A stretch of 64,000 nucleotides of DNA, from contig NC_057719.1 of assembly GCF_004010195.1 (NCBI RefSeq), forward strand, positions 73,390,365 through 73,454,364, in the 5' to 3' direction. Below, piece after piece: positions 12,248-25,249 of this stretch. This DNA is from Chiloscyllium plagiosum (Eukaryota). The notes beneath the pieces were generated by a model. The model made no database searches. It saw only the letters and a list, made by a program, of their open reading frames with translations, and was not told the origin of the DNA. Every line of letters starts with the position of its first letter. Within the stretch, counting starts at the first letter, position 1. A program made the position numbers and the translations under genes.

Positions 12248-12529
12248 GTTCTCAGTTGCAAATGAGTTCATGATGGGATGAGGCTCTTGAACAATCATTG
12301 ATTGACCACGTAAGAACCTTAGTTGGCAGTGGGACAAGATGGTCAACCCTAGGTGAAGGTGGAGTTGGGAAAGGGGCAAGTTTCAGGTACACCGTCCCAC
12401 TGAATCAGTTACATTCCACTCAGCCAAGAACATCACCAAACAGAGCAGAAGATTCTGCCCCACCATGGACCTGAGATTTATTCCGAGAAAATAATTGACA
12501 TGCCATGGCTCCAAGCAGCTATCACAGTA

Positions 12530-12747
12530 TATTCGACTCTGCTATAATGTGTTTCTTCAATGCAAATTGGCTTTAACGTGATAGAAGAATGTAGACCATT
12601 ATTTATAGAACAAGAACTGTCCTGACATGTATTGGCTATAACATGATTCTGGCTCCATTAGTTTAAATGGTGTTGCTATTGCACAATTTCTTATAACACG
12701 TGATCGAACAAGAAAGGAACAATCACGTTATATTGGAACTAACTGTA
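12530..12747. mobile_element. Tc1/mariner (Tigger/pogo-like) MITE
   Basis: Imperfect TIRs (TCTGCTATAA ... TTATATTGGAACTAACTG-TA); homologous along its length to 22444-22657. Confidence 0.6.
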
Positions 12748-13057
12748 TATTGTGACTGAGAAACCTTGGACATATGCACTTCCACCAATTCTTATTGATA
12801 TTGGCAAAAACCAAACGAAAAAGGATGCCTTCACAAAGTCTTCAGTAGAAGATAGGCTCAGTCCTGATGAACAGTAGTAGGTTTATTACATATTATTTAA
12901 TAGCTCCTTACATGACATGATAGTCTCTTGTGAAACTTCAGACGCTGCTTAAGAGTCAGTCAACATTACTGTTGGCTACCTTGACTTAGCACAAGAAACG
13001 AAAACTTGGAGACACTCTGCAAAATACTGGTTAGCTCCTTCCAGGATCAGTCTTTAC

Positions 13058-13152
13058 AGATATTTTCTAAGCAACCTGTTCAGAGATGTTATCACACACC
13101 TCTGGGGCAGGTATGCCTTGAGCCTTGGCTTCCTGGCTCAGAGACAGGATAA
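13058..13152 (-). mobile_element. Short tRNA-derived SINE, truncated
   Basis: AGATATTTTCTAAGCAACCTGTTCAGAGATGTTAT shared with the family. Confidence 0.6.
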
Positions 13153-13342
13153 AGCCTTTATATCCTGATGTGTGGAATTTATCTTATGATATACAAATTG
13201 GCTATGCAATAGAACCCAGGATAATTCCAAAATAAAGAGAGAAAGATGTTTTAAACATGTTGAAGCTAGAGGAATGTTTTGCTAATGAAGGCTCTATTTT
13301 TCTGATTTTCAGGCATTCCTTATTTTTGATTTTCAAGGGCTT

Positions 13343-13562
13343 TGAAATAACTGGACAGAGGCCTATATCCCATCACCAAGTCACCCTTTATTTACATGTG
13401 CACAGTATATGGGCTCTGACCAGCCAGCTCAGAGCCAGTCCCTAAAGTGAGGAGCCTCTGAATCTCCTGTCAGCTAGGGCTCCCGGATTGGCCCAGGTTA
13501 GCAGTCCAATCAGGGATCTCATAGTCGATGATATCCACCTAGCCCTCATTCCAACCAACAAA
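13343..13562 (-). mobile_element. Solo LTR
   Basis: Same family as 21468 and 34668 (ATCCCATCACCAAGTCACCCTTTA); approximate TSD GGCTT/GGCCT. Confidence 0.7.
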
Positions 13563-15504
13563 GGCCTCCTTTCTCATTCGAATAAACTACGTTGTTGGAT
13601 GATGCTGTTGTGTAGTCAAATTAATTTCTGAGTTTGTGTTCATATATGGGATATTTTAACACACAGAAGCAGAATGGGAAAATCTAATTTACAATTTCCT
13701 CAATAATCATCACCATTCCAATCTAAAGCTACAAGACACAATGTAAGCATTAATTTCAAGACATGAATGTTGGTACGTTATGGAAGACATACGTTGGCAA
13801 CAACTGTTTTTCTAAAACACCTTGACACAGTTGTAAACTCATGAGGTCACAGACAAACAGGTCTCATATGTGGGATATGTTGAGATGAATAACACACAAA
13901 TGCTAATCTTTATAAAATAATTTGGTTCAGTATTCAATTATCTGATTAACAGTGCTCATTACAAATAATAATGTTCATTCTGTTCCTTCATTGACAGGTT
14001 TAAAAGTGCTTTCTCCTCCTTAGCGACTCCTTTCATTCCCCTGGTATGCCTCCCCAACACTTACTGTGCCCTGCTTTGCAATTCCCCCACCCCATTTTGC
14101 AGTGTCCCTGTTGCCCTTACAGTTTCTCCTCTCTGTGCCGTCTTTCTCCCATTTTTTGCTGTGCCCTGCTTTGCAGTCTCTCCTTGCCTTGCAATCCTTC
14201 CCCACTTTTCCGATCCTCGCCCGGCTTTGCTGCCCTTCCTCCCTGTAAATGTGACTACTTTTGGGTCCCCTCTACTCCCGTGCCTTTTGAGCCTTGATTG
14301 AATCTTTGGGATTCAACAGGAGCAGCTACAGGAAACAATAATGCATCGATGAGAACCAGTTAACATTTGCCGAAACATTCTAGAATTCCTCCTTTACTTG
14401 TTCCATGCTATTTGCACTGAACATTAATCATGGGAGGGATTTTGTTCAATGTATCCTCCCTTGACGTAAAAACACTAATAAAATAATACAACTAGAAAAG
14501 AGTTTTGATAAAGCCAGTATAGAGGCAACATAGTTCCAGGAATTCTTTTAGCCTCTGACTCTGTACCTATCAGAATTAATAATACTATTTATTACTCTCT
14601 TAAGAGATGGGGTTGGTTGAGGGTTTTGTGAGTAAATGAGAAGATCAATATGTCAATTGAAAGTGCTACCCGATGGAAGACTTATTTCTAGGTGATAAGA
14701 AGTCTAACAGAGCATGAACATTGGGTTCCAAAGTAATGATTGTAACAAAATACTGTAAGCTAAAGTGCTGTGAATAATTTATATATTATCTGCTAATTGC
14801 TAACAGATACACACGGCATCGTTCATCCTTTCCCATAATTACGCCCAGAAAATCCAAAGCAGGCAGCTGTTAAATTCATCACATGTCACAGATGCCAAAT
14901 TCTGATTCTTTCCAAGTAAATAATTTTGTCATTGAAAATCAACAGCTGTGTCATCTCAAGGTATTACCTCCATCTTCCCAGGGGACATATGATGAGACTG
15001 TGAGGCTATGATGTGGATCGCGTTTCACCCACTCTGCGCTGTTTCCAATATTACTGGTTGGGAACCAGAACGATGGGAAGGCAGTGAAAATATGCTTTGA
15101 ACTCCATCTGAAAAGAAAGATATTGACAATACATTCATAAGATTTTCTTCCCTATTAGCTGAGGTACCAGAATGTGTAGTGTATCCCTTTGTTTACTTAT
15201 TTTGTTTTCATTGTGAACTGCTACAATCACAGGAAGAGCTGTGCTATTAGCGACAAAAGCAGGGGCACTTGTGACTTGCTATAGTTTCAGCAGTGGCATT
15301 CCGATGTAACTGATCACAAATCTTCAGAGTTTCCATTGAAAACGCCTAAACTAAAATCTGCTGCTCAGGATACTTGACTATGAGCAGTTATTTCTTTATT
15401 GCCACTCTGAAATCTATCCCAATGTAAATAGAGGTTTGTTCCTCAAAATAAATGGGGTTAATGAGGGCTTGCAATTAAAATATTAAGCATTGGTGATAAT
15501 CAGA

Positions 15505-17195
15505 TTAGTCATAGAGTCATAGAGATGTATAGCACGGAAACAGACCCTTCGGTCCAACTTGTCCATACTGACCAGATATCCCAATACAATCTAGTCCCAT
15601 GTGCCAGCACCCAGCCCATATCCCTCTAAACTGCTCCTATTCATATACCCCTCCAGATGCCTTTTAAATGTTGCAATTGTACTAGCCTCCACCACTTCCT
15701 CTGGCAGCTCACTCCATACACATACCACCCTCTGTGTGAAATGACAGAGGTAACCAGGAGGAAGAATTCATAGAATATATTGAGGACAGCTTCAAAGAAT
15801 AATACATTGTGAATCCACCTCGGATTTTATGTATGTGTAATTTATCAAACTTGCCTCTTTATGTTAGAGTAAAGGATCACCTAGGAAACAGTGACCATAA
15901 CATGGTAGATTTTAGCATTCAGTTTTGGAGTGTGCTAAGCTTACCTAAGAGTCATTACAAAGGAATAAGGACAGTGTTAGCTGAATTGAACTGGAAAAGG
16001 AGTTTAGCTGCAAAGACGGTTGAGGAACAATGGCAGACATTTAAGAAAATAGTTCATTGCTCGCAGCAATGATATATCCCAGTGAGAAAGAAGGATTCTG
16101 GGAAGGGGAAAAGCCAACCATGTTTAACCAAGGAAGTTAAGAATGGCACCGCATTGTAATTAAAAAAGACATACAATGTGGCAAAGATTAGTGGTGTACC
16201 AGAGAATTGGGAACATTTTAAAAGACCACAGAAAAAATTATGAAAAGGGAGAAAATAAACTTTGAGGGCAAAATTGCAAGTAATATCAAGACAGACAACA
16301 AGAACTTATTTAAATGTATAAAAAAAAAGATAGGGAAAGGCCAAAGTGAACATAGACTCCTTAGAGAAGGAGGTTGGGGGAAATAATAATGGGGAACCAG
16401 AAAATGGCAGAGGAGTCAAATAAATACTTTTGATCAGTCTTCACAGAAGACACTAATAGTGTTCCAAAATATTAAGGAATCAAGAGGAAAAAGGAGGAGC
16501 ATAAATAAACAAATAAACACAATAAATATCACTGGAGAACAAAGTTCGAGGCAAACTATTGCTAGGAAGCTAAACATTTTTGAAATGTAAAAAGACAGCA
16601 GATACTTACAGGACAGAGGGATGTAAGAGTCGTCATGCCTACATCAAAAAAAGCAAGTGTAAAGGTTCAGCAGGTTACAGGATAGGTAAATAGAAGTTGC
16701 CTTTATTTCAAAGGGAATGGAATATGAAAGTATGGAGATCGTGCTGAAACTGTACAAAGCACGAGTCAGATTACAGCAGGATTACTGTATACAGTTTTGG
16801 GCCCATTGTCCAAGAGAGGATAAAATGGTATTAGAGGCAGTCCAGACAAGGCTGATACTGTCTTACGAGGCAAGGTTGAGTAGATTAGGTCCGTACTCAT
16901 TGGAGATAGAAGAATGAGAAATGACCTAATTGAAACATACAAGACTCTTTGGGTTGCTTCCCCTTGTGAATACCTTTCTTTCAGAGGGTATTGAATCTGT
17001 GGAATCCTTTACTGCAGAGGACTGTAGAAGCTGGGTCATGAAGTATATTCCAGGCTGAGATAGATTTTTAAGGGATCCAGTAAGGGATTCTAGGGAATGG
17101 GTAAAAGGCAGGAAAGTAGAGTTAAGGATTATCAGGTCAACCATGATCTCATTGAATGGCAGAACAGGCTCAGTGGGCTAAATGGCTTATGAGTG
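15505..17195. mobile_element. Cluster of CR1 fragments (minus-strand tail 15505-15740; plus-strand internal and 3' pieces 15745-17195)
   Basis: CATAGAGTCATAGAG tail; VKDHLGNSDHNMVDF, TVEEQWQTFK and LYKARVRLQQDYCIQFWA motifs. Confidence 0.8.
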
Positions 17196-17349
17196 ATCCT
17201 CCACAGAACTGGCCTCCAAGTTTACCTTTTGCTTTCCCTGCTCCAAGGTGTTGTAATTGGCTATTGCAACGTGAAAAACACAGTTGCTACTTTGAAATCA
17301 GTGACAGCATGAATAAATGCTCAGATCAGTTGATTGATCCCTGACACAA

Positions 17350-17490
17350 CTGAAAAACAGAATGCTGCATAGGCTGGAAATCTGAAATCAAAACAGAAGG
17401 TACTAGAAAGACCCAGCAGACCAAGAAACATCTGTTGAATGGACAAACAGAGTTAAGTTTCAAATCGAGTGACCTTTCAGCATTTGTTTT
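17350..17490 (-). mobile_element. Old Penelope-type terminal fragment
   Basis: GCTGGAAATCTGAAATCAAAACAGAA...CAGCAG...CATCTGT...CAGAGTTAA resembles the left arm of the 49590 element. Confidence 0.55.
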
Positions 17491-18770
17491 AAGGTGTTGA
17501 TTAAGGACTAAATGGAGAGAAATTGCGCTCAGTTCGTGCTGCTTCTGCACTGCAGTAGGTTGCGTGGATGATGCATTAAGCTCCAAACTTTCTCACTCAG
17601 CAGTGATGGTGTTGCCACTGAACCAAGGTCTGACACCTAAAGGGAAGGAAATGAATAGAATTACTTAAAATGTTTCGCACAATGAATTCATTTTGAAACA
17701 CAATGATAGCGATGTTTGCAAACATTGAGCCATTACACTTGGTACAAGAGAAGGAGGTCCTGATAAGGCATGTTATTAAATATGTGTATAATTATCATTC
17801 AAATTTTTTCATCTCTCATCTACATGGTAATAATTTCAGTTTTTGAGAGAAAGAGATACTTGCATTAATATAGCGCTTTCAACAATTGTTGCAACTCCCC
17901 ACACAGCTTTTGTTTTAGTAATGTAGGAAATGAGGAAGTGCCATTGTCAATGACACAGTTCACTGATGCTGGGATTAGGCCAGTAGGACAATAGCTGAGT
18001 CGAATTTGTCTTAGCCTTTATAGGCATTGATAACATACTTTGTGTGGTTGATGTACTGTAATTTTTGTTTCTATGATTTTGGTAAAAATGTTCCAGTTAA
18101 CGAACCACTGGCCTAAACTTCTTGGTTTACATCAGTGGTGCACATTCAGGATTTCATCATCGCCCTCCCACCTTTGGAGGTATGGGAGAGTGTGTGAACA
18201 GGGGGTAAGGATAGGTTGGAGATCAGCGACTACGAGCTCTACAGCGTGATAGCCAACTTGCAATGCTTCCGCATCTAAATAGGCAAATGGACGAGACTCA
18301 GGAGGGCAGCCTTCAACTATTGAGCTTGACAATAGTGAGGGAGAGAAACAGCAAACTCCATTGGTTAAAAGAGTGCTGAAGGTGATCCATGTCGTCCAGT
18401 TAAAAGTTTGGAATTATTGTGAATGCTTTGTAATTTCCCTCCCATTAAACAAGAGCAAATTTGCTAAACGTGGATCTGCTAGAATAACTGAAGCACTTTG
18501 CAAATATTGGCTTGGATTTTCTGATGGCCAGTAGTGTAGTTGGGAGTTGGGCAGGGGGGGCCCTATGGCATAATAAACTTTAAAGGAATTGCGCAGGAAA
18601 TGCTGGGCAGCACATCTGAGCTTGGAATCCTCCAAAAGTATCCATTTAAATTGCAGAATATGGGTGTTCTGCTGCAGTTAAGTAAATAATGATTCAGAAA
18701 ATGTGAGACTATTAAAAACCTAGTCTGACTGAGGAATTATTTAACTAACCCCAAACCCCCACCAACGTTC

Positions 18771-19100
18771 AGAATCCCTTCAGTGTGGAAACAGGCCATT
18801 CAGCCCAACGACTCCACACCAACCCTTCACAGAGCATCCCTTCTGGACCCACCCCATCCGTGTTACCCTACATTTCCCATGTCTAACCCACCTAGTCTGC
18901 ACATCCCTGGATACTATGGGAAATTTCCCGAGGCCAATCCACCTAATCTGCACATTTTCAGACTGTGAGAGGAAACCCACACAGACACGGGGAGAAAGTG
19001 CAAACTCCACACAGACAGTCACCGAAGGCTGAAATTGAACCCAGGTCCCTCACAGCTGTGAGGCAGCAGTGCAAACCACTGATCATGAAACACCGTACTC
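18771..19100 (-). mobile_element. HE1-type SINE
   Basis: Reverse complement of the HE1 head, V-domain and tail. Confidence 0.9.
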
Positions 19101-21467
19101 ACCCCACACCTTGACCCATTGGGACTAACATGCCCCTCTACCCTCCGGAAACTGGACCCAACGTCCTCATTCTGCTTTTCCCATTCCAGCCATAGACCCA
19201 ACATTCCTCTGCCGTTGCCATCCCGGATGTTCTGTTTCCCATCCTGGATCTGACACATGCCATGCTCACAATAGACCCAATATCACTTGCCCATTCCAAC
19301 CTATCCTAAACAATCCATTATTTACCTGACCTCTTTGCCACCTTGACTCTGGCCCCTTGCTTATCTGCTTTCCTTCTCGCTACCCACCTGGCACCTTACC
19401 TACCTGGCCCTAAACACCCTAACTACCTGGCAACTTCCTCAACTGGCACCCTAAATACCTGGTTCCTTACCCCTGTCCCCCTGGCGTTCTTGCTCATACC
19501 CTCCAGGTGCTCTAACCTCACACAAAGGAGCAGTCAAGTGGCTGTCTGTGTTGCTGGATCTTTAAACCACAGAATAGAGCAGCAGATTGCTGTGAAAAGG
19601 GTGTGTGCTCTTATCCTGCATTACCAGGGACCTGTCACATTGAAAGTACAACTCCATATTTTTGAAGGACCCCTGACTGAAATCTCCTGTTAGAAACATG
19701 GAGATCTTTCTTACTGTAAAAATGAACAGAGGGAACTGAGAGGTAATCTGCATTTAATTGCCACTCCTTGGAAAATGTGTAAAACTGTGGTCAAACTGGA
19801 CAAATTTAATCAACAATGCAGCCTTGAAATGTGTGACATTTCCATCCAGTCAGTTTCAGCTAAGTACATCTGAATCTTCTTCTTAATTGCATTTAATTGA
19901 ACTCTGGTTGTTCACCATTTTGTATGTAATTGTGCATAGAGAAGTTCATGACCCTGCATACTGTAGCAATGAATTGAGTTACCGGCTGAATTAATAGCTT
20001 CAGGTTGGCAATCTCTGCTGTGTCGTGTCTACAAAGCTGAAGTGTGCGCTGCAAAACCTTCACCAAACAGTTGGCTGAACAGAGTTGGTGAAGACAGATC
20101 GCTTCATATTGTTTAGTAAATGTGTCTAACGTACCTCGAATTAAGTAAACATCTGATGGTTCAAGATGGTCGAGGTTTTAGGTTTGATAGTAATTGTTAA
20201 GTGGCTGTACCAAGTCAAAACGGGAATGACTTTTCTCAGATTGTAATTCTGATCTCTCATCTCAAAAGGCTTCCGTGAAATCAGAATTTTTAAAAAAAAA
20301 TCAGTATCAAAGCTATGTCCTACTTCCTGTCAAAAGCAGTTTGTTTTGCCAAATCTGTCATCCATCAAGAATGAAATAATGTTTGTTGGAAAATTATGGT
20401 AAGGACGAGTCAGAGGTTAGAAGATGTTTTAATCCCAAGACACAAGTGAGCGTGTGATTTAGATCTTGCAGTAATGTTTTCAGAAGTATAGTTTTCAGAA
20501 ACAATAGTGCGAATGGGAAAAGGGATCACATGAGAGTCAAGCTTTGGAAACAACCCATCCACTGGATTTGAAACTAAATAATTTTATCAACTTAATTAGT
20601 CTGAACCTGCTTGATGCATTGTCACTTCGATCACTTCCCCTGGTACCAGAGGGATAAAACCTGCTACTGAACTGAATTAGACTGCGCCTGCAGTACTGTC
20701 CTTGCTTTAATATTAAATCAGGCAGCTTGTATTCAACAAGAATCAAGTTATGACTTTTGATAAGCACATCTCCAGTTCTAAAATCTTGCACTGATAAGGG
20801 TCCATTTGAGTTATAGCTTTTATGCAAATTTATTTCAGGGAAAACTATGGCTGACAGCAGAATTGATGGACACTGAGCTTTGGTGCTTATCTAGTCAGTG
20901 TATCAGGTAATAAAATATTCATGTTTTCTGAACAGATGCAGAGCTGCTGGGACGTGAGCCTCAGTGCAGTGCTGCCTTCAGGAAATGTTCACTTCATCTC
21001 TTTAGGAAACGTGTTACTTGCAATGGTTTGTTTGCCATCTCAATGGAGCCAACCATTCTCTAATAATTACTTTGACGGTTATAATTACGTGAGCACTTGC
21101 CGTGCACAGAATGTTTGCCTTTATAAACTGCTCCGATATTCTGTTTTTTTTTCGTTAACAAGATCGCAAGTAGCTAACCTGTAGAATTTAAATGTAAGTT
21201 TTTGTAAAAATATGTTTCTCAAATAGAAGCAATGTCATTGAGGGATGCCAGTGCAAAGGGGACAAAATCCCCTCCATCTGTTTTGGTACTTATTTCCTCT
21301 GCTTTTCCATAATCTTAGCACAGCACACCCTCTGAACCTTCTAGACTTCCTCCATTTCCCTGCCTCAGTCATCTTCAAGTGGAATTGTCAATTTGATATC
21401 AGTTGAACTTACTCTGTGGTGGCCTTCTAGAAACATCAGTTGATTTGTATTTCTTTGTAAAGAAAGC

Positions 21468-21694
21468 TGTAGTGATTGTAACAAGGTCAGCCAGATGGAC
21501 AATATAGAATATGGGTTCCCTGACTGGGGCTGTTAATCTTGTCCAGTCAGAAAGCCCTAGCTGACAGATACAAACAGGAGTCAGGGGTTCTGCTCACCGG
21601 GTCAGTAGGGTCTGTGCTAGTTGAATCAGTATCATGTACTACACACATGTCCATGTCCTGGTGATGGGATACTGGTCTTCATGGAGTTATTTCA
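21468..21694 (+). mobile_element. Solo LTR
   Basis: TG...CA termini (TGTAGTGATT...TTATTTCA); flanks AAAGC/AAAAC; homologous to 34668. Confidence 0.75.
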
Positions 21695-22352
21695 AAAACG
21701 TATTGTCAAATAACAGATTTTAATTTCCTTAGGATCTAATAAAGAAAAAAAATTGAAGTGTCGTAATGAATATGATGTGGCATTGTTCTCATCCTGTTTT
21801 TCGTGAATATCAGCCCATAATACAAAATGGCAAATGACTTGGCATTCGATAACCTTAAAGACCATTAAGATACAGGAACTGAAAATAAATCTCTCTGATG
21901 TTTCGGTGGGGCTTGGAAAAAAAGACAGGTTATAGCTGTATTCTCGAGATGATATGCAGGCTTTAAGAAAAGTAAATGGTCCAGAGATTGTATAAAGTAC
22001 AAGGTAAAAATATTGCAATCTTTCATCTGCACATTAAACTTTAAAAACATTTTTAAACTCTAAATTTTAAAAATAAAATGCTGTGGTGATCAGGCTGTGC
22101 AGGGATGCGTTGGAATAGAGATAACTCCCATCAGGAAAGGCTGACATAGAATCAGAGAGCTGTATTCTAGAGATGAGATGCAGGCTTTAAGAAAAGTAAA
22201 TGGTCCAGAGAATGTATAAGCACAACAAGACTATGGCAATATCAAGATCTTGCATTCAAATCAATGAAAACATTGACATCGGTACGTTGATGTTATCTTC
22301 TGTTTGTTCCTGGCACCACTTCAAAATCATTCAGTTCTTGTCTCATTCACAG

Positions 22353-22413
22353 GAGTCGACTTCAAAATGAAGACAATAGATGTTGATGGAATCAAGGTGC
22401 GAATACAGATTTG
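22353..22413 (+). CDS. RAB15: Rab15 small GTPase, coding exon 2
   Basis: 61-nt exon between ttcacAG and GTaagt; reads (G)VDFKMKTIDVDGIKVRIQI(W), the Rab8/10/13/15 switch I-beta3 segment; phases join exon 3 to restore WDTAGQ. Confidence 0.95.
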
Positions 22414-22443
22414 GTAAGTTCACAAGGATTAACCAGAACTGAG

Positions 22444-22657
22444 TACAGATCGTTCTGCTATAACATACATTTCATTAACACGAATTCGCTGTAATGCGAT
22501 TGATGAATTAGGGACACTGATTCTCAAGCGCGAGCTTTGAAAATGTGTGTTGGCTATAACAGTGCCAACATTTTTAGCGCTGTTTCTAAAGCATGATTTT
22601 TCTATAATGCAGGGTTGCACAAGAACGCAACCATTGCATTATAGAAGAGCTATTATG
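22444..22657. mobile_element. Tc1/mariner-type MITE 30 bp after RAB15 exon 2
   Basis: TA-CAGATCGTTCTGCTATAAC ... ATTATAGAAGAGCT imperfect TIRs; homologous to 12530. Confidence 0.6.
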
Positions 22658-24579
22658 TTTACAGTTAGTTGATGTAATGGAGTTTTAAGGACTTAAAAGG
22701 AATTTAAGTACATGAAAACTTTCCATAAAACGTTTTCTTGTGTATTTTCATGAAAATGCATTTTATGCAAGCATAATTTTATGCAAGATAAATGTAAGAA
22801 TACTTGGATATGTCAGTGAGTTTGTACTGTAAGAGGCTGAGGCAGCCAGACCAGAGGAATGTGCTGACTTGGCTGATTCTAGACTTGTGTGGCAGCAATG
22901 GCAATACTGGTGACCTCAGCACCTTTGGATTAAGGAGGAGAAATTCAGATTCTCTTTTTATCTTTGTAAAGTAACGCTGGTTGCAACAACAGCTATGAAG
23001 ACATTGCATGAGGACAGGATTTGTCAGATTTTAATTCTGATGTCTTATCTCATCAGAACATATTTTTAAAAATAAGTATGCAGTGTGATCCTTCAAAGTG
23101 ATGTTTTATCCTGCTTCCTGTCAAATGCAGATTATTTTGCTAAATCTGTCATCAGCTAAATTCTTCAGAATGAAAAAATGTGGTTGAAAAATTACAGTAA
23201 GGGTGAGTCAGAGGCTAGAAGATCCCTAGACATAAATGAACTTGTGATCTAGATCTTGCAGTTATATATATAGTCTGCAGGATTAGGTTTGGCTGTGATA
23301 CCCTACATGATCAAATAGCTGATTAGTACTTACCTTTGAGGGTCATCTGAATAATGGCAGGTTGGCATTCAGCACTAGGTTGCACCCAGCACCCACCAAT
23401 TCGGCGTGGGGTGGGTGTGGTGGTGGAAGGATAAAATGGACAAGAGGAACAGTACATTCCTGTAAGTTTCTCTGATTTAACGGATGTGGGGCGCAATTGG
23501 ATTAAGTATGACTTGACTGATTTTTCAAAGAGCTGACACAAGCGCAAGAGGCTAAATGGCCCTCATCTACACTGAGTTTCTACATTTCTCATTCTGCTTA
23601 TCCTTCCAAACGTTCAAACCAAGATGACTGGAATATCTTCATACGTACTGTGTAGCGACTACGGAATGGTACTGTACAATTCATGGTTTCTTCAGATCGT
23701 AAAAGGTTGCATCATCGTTGAAGGCCTGTTTGTGACTAGCAAAATATAAATATGTATGCACAAAATGTCCACCTTTACTGAGGAAAGGAGAAAGAAAATT
23801 GGCTGCAGAATTAGTTAAAACCACTGAGCATAATTTATTTGTTTGAGAATCCAACTGGATCATGCCATAGTGCTTGGGACAGCTCTTCTGTATTTGACAG
23901 TTAGTGAAACATAATAGCAATCAGCTTTTTGAAATTCCTGTTTAAATGGGGAATTACAAAGGAAGGGGGTCACCAAAGAAAAAAAAAAATCAGGAAAACT
24001 GTTAGCGCTTCTGTAGGAAGAAACTGGCTGAAAATGACCAATGAGCGGGAGATAATTTGGGATTGAAGTCAAATGTGTGATCCCGCAATGTTATTCATCT
24101 TTCTCTTACACTTGGGAACTGGACAGGTCACACTAGTAGTGAATGCTACCGCTCCAGTTTATGCTCACATTGCTTCCCACTGGAATGATTGATGACTCTG
24201 TCATGCACTGTCATGGAAAGGAATCCACGGAGAGCGGTCAAAGCCCTTCCTGAGCAAAAGGATTTGAATTGAGAGCGGTTGATTGTATAAGACAAAAGTC
24301 CCCACTGTGGGTTTCAGAATGTTGTTGTTGAAGGTGGGGATTGTTTTCAGGCTGGGCTGCATGTTTTATTGTTAATATGAACTTCAGAATATCAGAAAGC
24401 ATTTGGACAGGTTCCTTACAAAACCGAGAAAGGATTTGGTCTGGTTCTGCATACTCCCAGAGATCATTGCCACCAACACCTTAAAGGTTGCAATAAAAAC
24501 CATGATTCCCAGAGATAGCCACCTCCTCTGCAAGTCTATATCTTAGAGAACAACGGTGAACCATTACAGTGGTGTCTCA

Positions 24580-24930
24580 GATTATGAGGGGCATTGGTAG
24601 GATGGATTGGAAAGCACTTTTTCCATTAGTAGATGGATCAATAACCTGGGGGGTAGATTTAGGGTACGAGGCCAACTGGAGAGATGGAGAGAAATGTTTT
24701 TCACCCAGAGAGTGTTGGGAGTCTGAAACCCATTGCCTAAAATAACGGCTGAGTCAGAAACTCTCAAAGTATTTCAACAGTATTTAGATATTCACTTGTA
24801 TTGCTGTCACCTCCAGTGTAATGGGCCCACAGCTGCAAAATGGGGTTAGTATAGTCAGATTTGTGTTTGCCAGCATAGACACAATGGCCCAGTAGCCTCT
24901 TTCTCTGCGGCAAATGGCTATGAGTCACCA
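24580..24930 (+). mobile_element. CR1 LINE 3' fragment
   Basis: TTTTTCACCCAGAGAGTG..GGAGTCTG motif and 3' UTR stem GGCCCAGTAGCC. Confidence 0.65.
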
Positions 24931-25058
24931 AACGTTTTAACCATTGTCCACAATGCCAAATAATATTGTATCTGTTATGCATTAAACACCTTGTATAGAT
25001 CCCACATTTGCTATTGTTTTCCCTGCCTCAGACTGTAGCTAGAGACAAGAGATGTTTG

Positions 25059-25249
25059 GAGAAAGTGAGGCCTGCAGATGCTGGAGATCAGAGTTGAGGG
25101 TGTGGTGCTGGCAAAGCACAGCAGGTCAGGCAGCATCCGAGGAGCAGGACAATCGACGTTTTGGAATGAAGGGCTTACGCCAGAAAAGTCGATTCTCCTG
25201 CTCCTCGGACACTGCCTGACCTGCTGTGCTTTGCCAGCACCACACTCTC
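25059..25249. mobile_element. Palindromic Penelope-type mini-element with 15-bp TSD
   Basis: TSD GACAAGAGATGTTTG at 25044-58 and 25250-64; ~60-bp inverted arms around ATGAAGGGCTTACGCCAGAAAAGTCG. Confidence 0.8.

Noticed and set aside
14020..14297. Pyrimidine-rich stretch with repeated TGCCCTGCTTTGCA and overlapping ORFs
   Set aside because: Low-complexity decayed repeat; no coding signal.
1..22352. RAB15 exon 1 (MAKQYDVLFRLLLIGDSGVGKT-like)
   Set aside because: No P-loop-encoding segment found by eye or in the ORF track; probably upstream of the window.
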